A program made the position numbers and the translations under genes. The notes beneath the pieces are model-generated. The model saw only the letters and a program-made list of their open reading frames with translations, was not told the origin of the DNA and did no database searches. This document shows positions 24,823-34,424 of a DNA stretch of 56,389 nucleotides, in pieces; the stretch's first letter is position 1; each line of letters starts with the position of its first letter. The DNA is from Clostridiales bacterium (GTDB taxonomy: Bacteria > Bacillota > Clostridia > Lachnospirales > Lachnospiraceae): the NCBI GenBank assembly GCA_029012085.1, contig JAQXLK010000156.1:1-56389 (forward strand), in the 5' to 3' direction.

Positions 24823-26232
24823 ATGGGCGGATTTTTTGGAGTTGCAGCAAAAGATGACTGCATGTTTGACTTATTCTTTGGAACCGATTACCATTCCCAC
24901 TTAGGCACCAGACGCGGTGGTATTGCAGTGTATGGAGAGAATGGTTTTGATCGTTCCATCCACAATATTGAAAATGCACCATTTCGTACCAAATTTGACA
25001 AAGATGTACAGGAAATGAAGGGCTACTATGGCATCGGTTGTATTTCTGATTATGAACCACAGCCACTGATTGTACGTTCTCACCATGGCACCTTTGCCAT
25101 TACAACTGTCAGTAAAATCAACAACACGGATGAGATTGTAGAAAAGATTTTTTCCAATAATAATTCCCACTTTTTAGAGATGAGTGGGGGAGATATCAAC
25201 CCTACTGAGCTTGTAGCGGCAATCATCAACCAGAAAGAGAATTTAATTGAGGGTATCCGATATGCCTTAGAGCTGATTGATGGCTCTTTGTCCCTAATGG
25301 TTCTGACACCGAAGGGCATCTATGCAGCCCGGGACAAATACGGCAGAACTCCTGTAGTTATCGGTAAAAAAGAAGATGCTTTCTGTATTACTTTTGAGGA
25401 TTTTGCATATCGTAATCTTGGCTATGAAGACTATAAAGAATTAGGTCCTGGTGAAATTGATGTTGTAACCGCAGAGGACTGTAAAGTATTGGTCGCTCCT
25501 GGAAAGGATATGAAGATTTGTACATTCCTCTGGGTATATTATGGCTATCCATCCAGTTCCTATGAAGGCATCAGCGTGGAGCAGATGCGTTATAACTGTG
25601 GAGAAGCAATGGCAAAGAGAGACAATGTCAAGCCTGATATCGTAGCCGGTGTACCGGATTCCGGAACTGCTCATGCAGTTGGCTATTCCAACGCATCCGG
25701 TATTCCCTTTTCACGACCATTTATTAAATATACACCTACCTGGCCACGTTCTTTTATGCCAACGATTCAGAGCAAGCGTAATCTGATAGCAAAAATGAAA
25801 CTGATTGCAGTTCACGATTTAATTAAAGACAAGAGTCTGCTGCTGATTGATGACTCCATTGTACGTGGTACGCAGCTTAGGGAAACTACAGAATTTTTAT
25901 ATGACAGTGGTGCAAAGGAAGTGCATATCCGGCCAGCCTGTCCACCATTAATATACGGATGTAAATATTTGAATTTCTCCCGTTCTTCATCCGAAATGGA
26001 TTTGATTACACGACGGGTAATTGCTCAGTTAGAGGGCACTGAAGACGTTTCTGATGAGATTTTACAGCAATATGCAGATCCGGATTCACCTAAATATGAA
26101 GCAATGGTTGAGGAGATTCGTAAAGAACTGAACTTCACAACTCTTCGCTTTAACCGCTTAGACGACATGTTAGATTCAGTTGGAATTCCGGCAGAGAATC
26201 TTTGTACCTACTGTTGGAATGGAAAGGAGTAA
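24823..26232 (+). CDS. Amidophosphoribosyltransferase (PurF)-like protein lacking the N-terminal catalytic cysteine
   Basis: The PRTase motif LLLIDDSIVRGTQL is intact. The N-terminus is MGGFFGV, where PurF has (M)CG(I/V)xG. Confidence 0.8.
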   Translation: MGGFFGVAAKDDCMFDLFFGTDYHSHLGTRRGGIAVYGENGFDRSIHNIENAPFRTKFDKDVQEMKGYYGIGCISDYEPQPLIVRSHHGTFAITTVSKINNTDEIVEKIFSNNNSHFLEMSGGDINPTELVAAIINQKENLIEGIRYALELIDGSLSLMVLTPKGIYAARDKYGRTPVVIGKKEDAFCITFEDFAYRNLGYEDYKELGPGEIDVVTAEDCKVLVAPGKDMKICTFLWVYYGYPSSSYEGISVEQMRYNCGEAMAKRDNVKPDIVAGVPDSGTAHAVGYSNASGIPFSRPFIKYTPTWPRSFMPTIQSKRNLIAKMKLIAVHDLIKDKSLLLIDDSIVRGTQLRETTEFLYDSGAKEVHIRPACPPLIYGCKYLNFSRSSSEMDLITRRVIAQLEGTEDVSDEILQQYADPDSPKYEAMVEEIRKELNFTTLRFNRLDDMLDSVGIPAENLCTYCWNGKE

Positions 26233-26234
26233 AT

Positions 26235-27089
26235 ATGAAAAACACAAAACAACTTATCAAATTTTTATTATTAACCTCATTCGCTTTCACTTTATGCGGA
26301 TGTACCCAGATTCAGCAGACCTTCACTATGGGTGATTCTACTATGTCAGTTTATCAGAAAACTGCCTATAATAAAGAAAAGACGGACGCATATAACAACG
26401 GTGAGGGAAATACCACTCAAAATTCAAATGATGTGCGTATTGAAAAAATTGATGGTCAGGATTACTATGTACAAGAACAAACGGAAAACATGAGTTATAG
26501 TGACGCCATGAAAACAGAGCCTTCCTATATACTGAGCAGTGACACCTATTTTTATAAAGCGGATGCTGTATATGACGAATCCTCTAAAACTGCTGAGCAG
26601 CAGGATATACCTGTTGAGGAATTATTTGAAAAAATAACAATTACCGTTACCTTTCCTCGTCCAATCCAGTCAACGAACGGAACTTTAAGTGCAGACGGCT
26701 GTTCTGCCACATGGGAATATGACAAAAATGCCATTGCAAACTCCACTTCCGTTCTTCGTTATGCTTATACCGGTACAGGAAACATAGAAGCAGATACTGC
26801 TACAGTAAATGAAAGATTAAAGATTGTAAGAGATAAGAAAAAGCCTGTCATAAAAGGAGTTAAGAATAAACAATCATATACAAAAAAATCCTTAACCTTC
26901 TATGTAAAAGACAATGTTGGCATTAAAACCATTAAACTGAACGGTAAAAAAGTAAAACTTAACAAGGTAAAATCCGGTAAATATAAGAATTACTATAAAG
27001 TAACCACCAAAAAGAAGGGACAAAATACAGTAACTGTTACGGACTTAAACGGAAATAAGAAAACACTTAAGTTCACACTTAAGAAATAA
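26235..27089 (+). CDS. Lipoprotein of unknown function with basic Ig-like C-terminal domain
   Basis: The start is moved to the ATG at 26235 (MKNTKQLIKFLLLTSFAFTLCGC, lipobox-like LCGC). The C-terminus is Lys-rich and beta-strand-like (KSLTFYVKDNVGIKTIKLNGKKVKL...TVTVTDLNGNKKTLKFTLKK). Confidence 0.75.
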   Translation: MKNTKQLIKFLLLTSFAFTLCGCTQIQQTFTMGDSTMSVYQKTAYNKEKTDAYNNGEGNTTQNSNDVRIEKIDGQDYYVQEQTENMSYSDAMKTEPSYILSSDTYFYKADAVYDESSKTAEQQDIPVEELFEKITITVTFPRPIQSTNGTLSADGCSATWEYDKNAIANSTSVLRYAYTGTGNIEADTATVNERLKIVRDKKKPVIKGVKNKQSYTKKSLTFYVKDNVGIKTIKLNGKKVKLNKVKSGKYKNYYKVTTKKKGQNTVTVTDLNGNKKTLKFTLKK

Positions 27090-27139
27090 TCCGAACTGTA
27101 TACTTGCTTATAACAAGAACGTATAAACTTTCTATAAGT

Positions 27140-27186
27140 AAAACGGAATTGTGTTCTGCTTACCATACAGAACACAATTCCGTTTT
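27140..27186. terminator. Bidirectional intrinsic terminator (19-bp perfect stem)
   Basis: aaaacggaattgtgttctg (27140-27158) pairs with cagaacacaattccgtttt (27168-27186). It lies between the convergent lipoprotein (+) and RsmH-like (-) genes. Confidence 0.8.
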
Positions 27187-27224
27187 TACTATATACAGCA
27201 TTTTCCAAAGAAAATATGCACAAA

Positions 27225-28280
27225 TTAATCAAGCCCATTTTTTACCGCCCACCGCATCTTTGTGGACCGCGCTCTCGGATTGCGGTTACACTCTTCCGCT
27301 GAAGGTCTGATTACCTCCTCCGCAATCTCACTATAGATTCCCTGCTTCTTTCCCTGTTTAAATGCTTTCTTTACTAAACGATCCTCCCCGGAATGAAATG
27401 TGAGAATCGCAACCCTTCCTCCCGGTGCTAACGCGTCCGGTAGTTTATCAAGAAAACTATAAAGCACCTCAAACTCACTATTTACATCAATACGCAAAGC
27501 CTGAAAACAGCGTTGACAGGATTTCTTCATCATTTCCTTTCTCTCCTTCTCAGGAAGAAATGATAATGCAGTCTCAATGGCATCCTTAAAATCCGTAGTA
27601 GTCTTAATCGGATTCTTAATACGTTTTCGTTTCATCACTTCTGCTGCAATCTCCACCGCATAAGGCTCATCCGAATTTTCTTCTAACATTCCAATTAATT
27701 CTTCTTCCGTAACCGAATTCAGCCGTTCTGCCGCCGACTCCCCCTTTTTCGGATTCAAACGCAAATCCAAAGGACCTTCAAACTTATAAGTAAAACCACG
27801 TTCCGGATTATCAATCTGCATAGAGGATACTCCCAAATCTGCCAGCACAAAATCAAAGGCTCCCGTCTCACTGACAAGTTCATCAATATTTGCAAAATTC
27901 ATATGCCGGATTGTGAGAATATCCTCGCCAAAGCCCTTCTCTTCTAACCGTTTCTTTGTTTTCACGCTTTCAATGGGATCTACATCTAATGCGTATATGT
28001 GCCCTTGTCCCTTCAAACATTCCAGCATTGCCTTCGTATGCCCACCATAACCAAGGGTTGCATCCAGCCCTTTTTGCCCTGGTTGAATCTGTAAAAAATC
28101 CAGAATTTCATTTACACAGATAGAAATATGCATACCTGCCGGTGTACTTCCCTTTGCAATCACCTTCTCTATGGTATCTCCATATTTCTCCGGGTTATGT
28201 TCCTTATACTTTTCCTCATATCGTTTTGGATGTGTACCACTGTATCGGACACGGCGTTTATGCACCTTTTGTTCTTCCAT
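27225..28280 (-). CDS. RsmH/MraW-family SAM-dependent (16S rRNA m4C1402-type) methyltransferase paralog with basic N-terminal extension
   Basis: The start is moved to the ATG at 28280 (RBS AAAGGAGAG). The ORF-track start would overlap the upstream MCP gene. Motifs: HISICVNEILDFL, DATLGYGGHT, DLGVSSMQID, FHSGEDRLVK. There is no mraZ or dcw context. Confidence 0.85.
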   Translation of the reverse strand: MEEQKVHKRRVRYSGTHPKRYEEKYKEHNPEKYGDTIEKVIAKGSTPAGMHISICVNEILDFLQIQPGQKGLDATLGYGGHTKAMLECLKGQGHIYALDVDPIESVKTKKRLEEKGFGEDILTIRHMNFANIDELVSETGAFDFVLADLGVSSMQIDNPERGFTYKFEGPLDLRLNPKKGESAAERLNSVTEEELIGMLEENSDEPYAVEIAAEVMKRKRIKNPIKTTTDFKDAIETALSFLPEKERKEMMKKSCQRCFQALRIDVNSEFEVLYSFLDKLPDALAPGGRVAILTFHSGEDRLVKKAFKQGKKQGIYSEIAEEVIRPSAEECNRNPRARSTKMRWAVKNGLD

Positions 28281-28293
28281 TCCTGCTCTCCTT

Positions 28294-30030
28294 TTATAAT
28301 CTTGTAAAGACTGCAGTCTCCTTCTGAAGATCGGATGCAATCTCCTGGTTCTCGTCCATACGATCGCTGATACGCTCCATATCCGTAACAAGCATCTGGG
28401 TGCTCTCTGCTGCACCGGTTACGCCCTCAACACCATCTTCAATGGCAAGAGTAATTGTGTTGATTGAGTTCGCAATCTGGTCAACCTCAATCTTCAAGTC
28501 GTCTGTCTGAGCCTTAAACTCATTCATAACATTCTCCACATAAGTAGCTGCATTCTTATACTGAACACCACTATCTACAAAGTTACGGAAACCTGGCAAA
28601 ATAGATTCGTTCATATAGTCTGCCATATCCGCTGAACTTCCTGAAAGATTATGAACTGCCTGAATAACCACTTCATTAATCTCCTGAATCCGGTTCGCGG
28701 TCTCACGGCTGGAATCTGCCAGCTGACGAATCTCGTCTGCAACGACCGCAAATCCTTTACCAGCTTCACCGGCTCTTGCTGCCTCAATTGATGCATTTAA
28801 TGCAAGTAAATTTGTCTGTGCAGAAATATTTAAGATATCATTTGTCAAATCATTAACCTGATCCACACTCTTTGAATCATTAATTGCCTGCTCTAATACG
28901 AGCATCATCTCATTCACACGCTTTGCAGTCTCTTCCATGTTATTACGTGCTTCATTCTCTAACTGGTCAGCCTGCTGCTTCATCTCCATAGAATACTCAT
29001 TCATAGAAGATGACTTATCTGCAATACGATTCACTTCTTCCCTTACCGCCTCTGCGTTCTGATTAATAATACCGGTTGAATTTGCAACCTCTGTCATTGT
29101 TGCAGAAAGCTCCTCGGTAAGAGCAGACAAATCAGATACATTATCATTAGAGGTCTTAACACTGTCCATAACTTCTCCAACCACCTGATCCATTTTCTGG
29201 GAGTTGCTGGTAATAAGCTTCAGAATCTCCTGTAATTTCTCCATAAATGTATTGATACCAGTACCTAGAGATGCAATCTCTGTATTCCTTGGAATACTTA
29301 CACGCTGAGTCAAATCACCCTCACGCATATCAATTCCATCAATGATATTCTTAATCTCTTTCTGTGTTTTCGAAAGTGGATGAATGACTAAAGCAACCAC
29401 ACTAAGTGCTGCAAGCGCTAATGCTGCCACACTGAGAATAATGGTAATTACACTAGATGCAATAGATGACTTATACACCTTTGCAAGTGTCTTCTTTGCT
29501 GCATCTGCATTCTCATTCACATCTGCCTGAATCGCATCAATTGCCGCCTGCATGGAATTCGAATACTCTGTAATGGCTCCATTCGCCAAAGCATAGGCTT
29601 CTTCATTCTTTCCTCCGGCACTGTATGCCATTAAATTTGCTATCTCGTATTTCAATCCTTCGTAATTCTCTACTAACTGGCTATAGCTCTCCTTATTCTC
29701 TTCCGTCACATAAGATGTTTCAAAATTGTCTAATGCTTCCTCTAAAATGACTTCCTCCGCACGAATGCTATCTACCAGGCTTAACATGGTATCGAAATCA
29801 GTAGCCACAATATGAGAAAGCGCTAACTGATGAATCAGCAACGTTTCCTTCTGAACATCACCTAAATCAGCTACACAATTCATATAGCCATTTGCTATCC
29901 GTGTTGCATTCTTATTCACCTTTCTGATATTACTCACTGCACCAAGGCTTGACAGAATACATACGATTCCAAGAATAACTACCGGAATCAAAATAACCAG
30001 TTTGGAACTAAAACTTCTTTTATTCTTCAT
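28294..30030 (-). CDS. Transmembrane methyl-accepting chemotaxis protein (helical-bundle periplasmic sensor, HAMP, signalling domain)
   Basis: The start is at the ATG at 30030 ([31 protein letters not shown]). A second TM helix is at [26 protein letters not shown]. The signalling core is [37 protein letters not shown]. Confidence 0.92.
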   Translation of the reverse strand: MKNKRSFSSKLVILIPVVILGIVCILSSLGAVSNIRKVNKNATRIANGYMNCVADLGDVQKETLLIHQLALSHIVATDFDTMLSLVDSIRAEEVILEEALDNFETSYVTEENKESYSQLVENYEGLKYEIANLMAYSAGGKNEEAYALANGAITEYSNSMQAAIDAIQADVNENADAAKKTLAKVYKSSIASSVITIILSVAALALAALSVVALVIHPLSKTQKEIKNIIDGIDMREGDLTQRVSIPRNTEIASLGTGINTFMEKLQEILKLITSNSQKMDQVVGEVMDSVKTSNDNVSDLSALTEELSATMTEVANSTGIINQNAEAVREEVNRIADKSSSMNEYSMEMKQQADQLENEARNNMEETAKRVNEMMLVLEQAINDSKSVDQVNDLTNDILNISAQTNLLALNASIEAARAGEAGKGFAVVADEIRQLADSSRETANRIQEINEVVIQAVHNLSGSSADMADYMNESILPGFRNFVDSGVQYKNAATYVENVMNEFKAQTDDLKIEVDQIANSINTITLAIEDGVEGVTGAAESTQMLVTDMERISDRMDENQEIASDLQKETAVFTRL

Positions 30031-30043
30031 CTGTCTGCCCTCC

Positions 30044-31348
30044 CTATTGTACAGTTGATGCGGTAATATCCGCAACTAACTCATCCATCAATTCCTGCAA
30101 ATCTTTCTTGTCCGGATTGCCTTCTGCCATCTTAATACCAAATGCTTCACTCGGTGCCCAATAATTATTCCCCACACGTTGAAGCACACCATATTCTGCC
30201 TGATCAATAACCGCCTGTAAGGCAGGAACATTCTTCATCTCCTCTGACTCTGCAGCCTTGATATTGGATGGTCCCTGACTTCTCTCTATAAGGCGCAGCT
30301 TCTGATTCTCCTCGTTAGTGAGCCAATCAGCAAGTTTCAACGCCCAATCTTTATGTGCTGAATAGTAATTCACACCCAGCATCTTATATCCGGTAAAGGA
30401 TGCCATCTGTACCTGCTGGTCTGCAACCGTATAAGTTGGAAGTTTTACCGCTCCATAGTCATCTCCCCATACCTTCCGAATCTCTACTTCATTCCATACA
30501 CCACTGATGCAGGCAACCACTTCTCCACTCTTAATCTTTTCAATCACCTCACCGTCCATTGTGCTAGTAAAGCCTTTCCTTTTTGAAATATCTAAAAGTG
30601 CCTGTGCAACATCCACACCCTTAATGCTTCCATCTGTTGCATTCCATGTACAGTAATTCGTAACACCGTCTTCATTCAAGCCAAATTCAAGCCCTGTATT
30701 ACCAAAGAAGGAATACAAAAACCAGCCGGAAGCCCATTGCATGCTAAACTTTTTATTTGCCTTCTCTGCAACATCTAAAATCCCATCTAAGGTCTTCACA
30801 TCCTCTTCCGATAAATACTCCTTATTATAATAGAGGAAATATCCATTGTCTGCTGTCATTGGATATGCATAAATGGTACCATTAACAGACGCAGCATCGA
30901 CAGCACCCTCTAAGTTAGCAGCTCTTACCTCATCCTGATTATCTACGGGTGCCAACGCACCACCAGCTACCATCGCCGCCAGCTGATCATCCGCAAACGA
31001 AAATACATCTGCACCACCGTGGATATCTCCCAACAGTTTATCCCTCGTTACATCATCTGTATTCTCAACCAATGTAATCTCAAATTCCGCTTCATCCTTG
31101 TACTCTTCCTTAAAGCTCTCAATCATCTTATTCAGCAAATCATAGCTTGCAGTATCTGCCCAGATAGAAAGTTCAATTACACCTTCTTCCTTCTGAGAGT
31201 CCTCTTCAGCTGTCTCATCTCCCGTCGTCTCCTCTGCAGCCGCCTCTTCTCCAGCAGGCTCCGCTGTCTTGTTTCCTTTACCACAGCCAATTACTGTTGC
31301 ACCAAGTGCAACCGCAAGTAAAAACCCCACAAGATATTTTTTCCTCAT
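30044..31348 (-). CDS. Family-1 extracellular solute-binding lipoprotein (MalE/sugar-binding-like), no cognate permease genes adjacent
   Basis: The start is at the ATG at 31348 ([25 protein letters not shown], lipobox VIGC; GAGG RBS 8 nt upstream). An acidic linker follows, then SBP_bac_1-like patterns ([23 protein letters not shown]). Confidence 0.85.
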   Translation of the reverse strand: MRKKYLVGFLLAVALGATVIGCGKGNKTAEPAGEEAAAEETTGDETAEEDSQKEEGVIELSIWADTASYDLLNKMIESFKEEYKDEAEFEITLVENTDDVTRDKLLGDIHGGADVFSFADDQLAAMVAGGALAPVDNQDEVRAANLEGAVDAASVNGTIYAYPMTADNGYFLYYNKEYLSEEDVKTLDGILDVAEKANKKFSMQWASGWFLYSFFGNTGLEFGLNEDGVTNYCTWNATDGSIKGVDVAQALLDISKRKGFTSTMDGEVIEKIKSGEVVACISGVWNEVEIRKVWGDDYGAVKLPTYTVADQQVQMASFTGYKMLGVNYYSAHKDWALKLADWLTNEENQKLRLIERSQGPSNIKAAESEEMKNVPALQAVIDQAEYGVLQRVGNNYWAPSEAFGIKMAEGNPDKKDLQELMDELVADITASTVQ

Positions 31349-31523
31349 TTGCAATACCTCTTTTCTTTCGTTGTATGCATGAAATCTCTACTACCGGCAC
31401 GCTTCCGGTCATCCGTTCCATCCTTTGTATATCATAAAAAAATAAGTAACCACCTCATTGATTTGTCTGATATTCCATCTGCGTCAATGAGGCAGGTACT
31501 TAATCTACGATATACCAGTACAA

Positions 31524-31653
31524 CGTTTTTTTACTCTATAGGAAAGTTCGTCCTATAGAGTAAAAACGCTCCGCGTGGATCGCACTGTGGCGGATAGGAA
31601 GATGTCGCTTTTTGCGACCCGCCACAGGCGGGGAGTTTCGCAAGCGAAACTCC
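31524..31653. other. Cluster of strong hairpins in a 430-nt intergenic region
   Basis: There are three elements. (1) An extended palindrome cgttttttt-actctatagga ... tcctatagagt-aaaaacg (31524-31568, perfect core 31533-31543 with 31551-31561). (2) ctgtggcgg (31585-31593) pairs with ccgccacag (31619-31627), enclosing gtcgc-ttttt-gcgac. (3) ggagtttcg-caag-cgaaactcc (31632-31653), followed by TTCTTGTT on the + strand. Confidence 0.3.
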
Positions 31654-31786
31654 TTCTTGTTAAGAAAACGTTGCACCAGACAAGAAAAATCCTCCTGCCT
31701 ATAACTTATTTTATTATCTCATATTATGCAAAAAGTGACAAGCAAAAAATGCCAAAAAGCACTTGAAAATCCTGCCAATTACACAG

Positions 31787-32560
31787 TCATTTTTCAAACT
31801 CTACATCTTTCGGTCTGCTATCTAAAAATCCCAGTAAAATCAATGCTGCTATCATCAAAATAAATGCCAAAATCATTACAATACTGATTCCATAATGAAA
31901 ACAATCGACAATACCTCTGTGAATCCATAATTCCTGTATCATATAATAACTTTCTAAATAGCTAAAAGCATTCAATACAAGCAACACAACATAGTCCAAA
32001 ATTTTCTTCTTATATAAAATATTCCCCTTCTTTTTCAATTTTTTCCCCCGCAGGCACTGAACCCCCAAAGAAAGCACCACGCAAAGTCCAAACAGAAATT
32101 CCTCATTTAATCTGACAATCTTTTCCGGATTCTTTATACACAAGAAAAGAATCAGCAGAAAAAGTAATACATTAAACAATCCAAATATCCAATTGCCCCA
32201 TACAATCCGCAGTTGTGCCTCCCGCTTTTTCCGGATAACATTCTCCAAGTCAAACTCTTTTTTCAGCATATCCCGTAGTTTCTGATTATGTGATTCCATC
32301 TCCTGAATAAGGGATTCATTTTGAGCAATCTTTTCTTTTATCACCTCCTCTTCTCTTCCATCTACATAGTCCTTAATCTCCTGTATGGTAAAATCCAAAA
32401 GCCGAAGTTTCTTTATCTGCAATAAAAGCTCAATATCACTCTCCTGATAATCTTTATATCCATTCTCTTTTTTAGGCGGAGTAAAAAATCCACACTCCTC
32501 ATAATAGCGGATTGCTTTTTTGGTCAAACCCGTTTTCTCTGTCACGTCTTTAATCTGCAT
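31787..32560 (-). CDS. MerR-family transcriptional regulator fused to a C-terminal multi-pass membrane domain
   Basis: The N-terminal MerR HTH is MQIKDVTEKTGLTKKAIRYYEECGFF. A coiled-coil segment follows, then about four hydrophobic helices (WIFGLFNVLLFLLILFLCI, FLFGLCVVLSLGVQCL, YVVLLVLNAFSYL, ISIVMILAFILMIAALILLGFL). Confidence 0.8.
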   Translation of the reverse strand: MQIKDVTEKTGLTKKAIRYYEECGFFTPPKKENGYKDYQESDIELLLQIKKLRLLDFTIQEIKDYVDGREEEVIKEKIAQNESLIQEMESHNQKLRDMLKKEFDLENVIRKKREAQLRIVWGNWIFGLFNVLLFLLILFLCIKNPEKIVRLNEEFLFGLCVVLSLGVQCLRGKKLKKKGNILYKKKILDYVVLLVLNAFSYLESYYMIQELWIHRGIVDCFHYGISIVMILAFILMIAALILLGFLDSRPKDVEFEK

Positions 32561-32656
32561 ATCTGCCTCTCCTTTCCCCTTACTTATACACCGTTCCCCA
32601 GGGGTACAGTCAAGGTTTTTTGCATATTTTTCGTTATTTTATAGTGTTGCACTCTT

Positions 32657-33697
32657 TTAGCGCAGTGTTATCTCTTTTCCATTAACGGTTACACTCTGTA
32701 TTTTTTCCAAATCAATGCTTTGCTCGAAAAGATTTAAATTATGATAAAAGGTATTATTTGTACATCCATGATTAGAGGCTTCCTGACAGGCAACTGTCGT
32801 ACCATCCTGCAGTGTAACAGACTCTACGGTCAAATAATCATGCTCTTGTGACGGCAAACCAACTGCCTCTAAATGAATGGATATTGGTGATAATTCCGTC
32901 TTATAAATCAGCAGATTATCTACCACAGCATAAGGATGTTTTGTGATTGTGTTTGCCGCATAATAATTTTTCCACTCAAACTCCCACAATCCTTCACTCA
33001 GTAAAATACCGCCTTCCAGATATTCATTTTCATACTGTTTTAACCTTCCCAAACTGATATGCATATTAGCCCGGTTTATTTTCTCATACCCACTGACATC
33101 CAGCATAAATGACACATATCCATTATTATCATAACTATATAATCCCGCTCCATAACCTATATTCTTTCCACTTTTTGTAGTAATATCAATACTCATATCT
33201 TCAAATACATAGTAGCCCTCTTCGCCTGTTTCCCAAGGAACATTGGTATCAAACTGAATCCACTGGCAATTCTGGCTCCCAATCGACTGCACTGCAGTTA
33301 TAGTGATGTCATTTTGGGTAACAGACTTATCAATCCGTACATATCCTCCCTCTAGATTCTCCATTGCACTGGGAAAACCGATTCTTTCCGCCATTTCAAT
33401 ATCCCAATCATTTTCTTTTGCAACGGCCGCAATTCCCAGCAGCATAACCAATACGGCAGCAAGAAGAACCATACGTCGTCTACCAAATAAAGAAACTCTT
33501 GATATGCGCTCTTCCTTCATTTGACCATTTATCTTGTCCATTGTTAAACTTTTCATTTTCTTCCACTCTTTCTTTTCCTTTCTTCCCAAACATCCGAAGA
33601 AGGATTTTTCTTCTCCTGCCACCAGGCTGTCTAACATTTCTGCTTCTTCCACTGTTACCTCATCCATAATTTCATATAAAAACTCATCTTTCTTCAT
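32657..33697 (-). CDS. Single-pass anti-sigma factor-like protein (DUF4179-type) with large extracytoplasmic domain
   Basis: It overlaps the ECF sigma gene by 14 nt. It has a short cytoplasmic N-terminus, a TM helix (MVLLAAVLVMLLGIAAVA) and a beta-rich C-terminal domain. Confidence 0.7.
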   Translation of the reverse strand: MKKDEFLYEIMDEVTVEEAEMLDSLVAGEEKSFFGCLGRKEKKEWKKMKSLTMDKINGQMKEERISRVSLFGRRRMVLLAAVLVMLLGIAAVAKENDWDIEMAERIGFPSAMENLEGGYVRIDKSVTQNDITITAVQSIGSQNCQWIQFDTNVPWETGEEGYYVFEDMSIDITTKSGKNIGYGAGLYSYDNNGYVSFMLDVSGYEKINRANMHISLGRLKQYENEYLEGGILLSEGLWEFEWKNYYAANTITKHPYAVVDNLLIYKTELSPISIHLEAVGLPSQEHDYLTVESVTLQDGTTVACQEASNHGCTNNTFYHNLNLFEQSIDLEKIQSVTVNGKEITLR

Positions 33698-34253
33698 AAC
33701 AGGTCATTCCCCTTTCTTTCAGCAACTCTTTTAATTTTGCCTTTCCTCTGTATAATATGTTTTCTGTCTTTTTCTCTGATATCTGTAATTTCGCTGCAAT
33801 CTCCTTATTTTTCATAAACAGGAAATACTTGCAAAGAAATACCTGATGATCCGGCTCCCCAAGAAGTTCAATGACTTCATGTAACAGCCTCTTTGCTTCT
33901 CTTTTCTGAATCTCTGTTTCTATGGAAATGTCTGAAACCGGCTCTGTCTCCATTTCATCATCTAAAGAAACGAAAACACCTCCATTTTTCCTCCGGATAT
34001 CTACCGCAGTATTTCTGGCTATAGAGTACAGCCAGCTCTTTAATGATGTCCCTTTTTCGGTGGAAAACTGCCGGCTATTCTTCCAGAGTTTGAAAAAGGT
34101 GTCTGATACCGCCTCCTCCACCAATCCCTGTTCATACCTCTGTAGAACAGAACGGCAGATTGTATCAACTGCCTTCCCATATAACTGCATGGCTTTTTGG
34201 ATTCCCTTATCCGGATTTTTCTCAATTAATTGTATTAGTTTTTTGTCTTCCAT
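33684..34253 (-). CDS. ECF-type RNA polymerase sigma-70 family factor
   Basis: 189 aa. Region 2 (VSDTFFKLWKNSRQF...SLKSWLYSIARNTAVDIRRK) and region 4 (FLCKYFLFMKNKEIAAKLQISEKKTENILYRGKAKL). Confidence 0.88.
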   Translation of the reverse strand: MEDKKLIQLIEKNPDKGIQKAMQLYGKAVDTICRSVLQRYEQGLVEEAVSDTFFKLWKNSRQFSTEKGTSLKSWLYSIARNTAVDIRRKNGGVFVSLDDEMETEPVSDISIETEIQKREAKRLLHEVIELLGEPDHQVFLCKYFLFMKNKEIAAKLQISEKKTENILYRGKAKLKELLKERGMTCYEER

Positions 34254-34351
34254 ATTTTTATCCTTTTTCGTATTGATATATATATCTATTATACTATACG
34301 TGAGTTTTTCTCAAAATCACTCCAAAAAAGTTTTACTTGCGAAATTCTCTG

Positions 34352-34395
34352 TAACAAAAAAATTCCATTCCTACGATAACATAAGAATGGAATTT
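34352..34395 (-). terminator. Intrinsic terminator after the two small membrane protein genes
   Basis: aaattccattc (34360-34370) pairs with gaatggaattt (34385-34395). On the minus strand it is followed by TTTTTGTT. Confidence 0.7.
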
Positions 34396-34424
34396 CATAT
34401 TATGAAGATTTTATAAAAAATAAT

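Noticed and set aside
31575-31766. 63-aa plus-strand ORF inside the hairpin-rich intergenic region.
   Set aside because: Its reading frame runs straight through three strong palindromes, so the codons are dictated by RNA/DNA structure. It has no RBS and is more likely non-coding.
33922-34416. 164-aa plus-strand ORF spanning the ECF sigma gene start and the upstream intergenic region.
   Set aside because: It is antisense to the sigma factor gene, crosses a promoter/terminator region, and has no RBS or motif.
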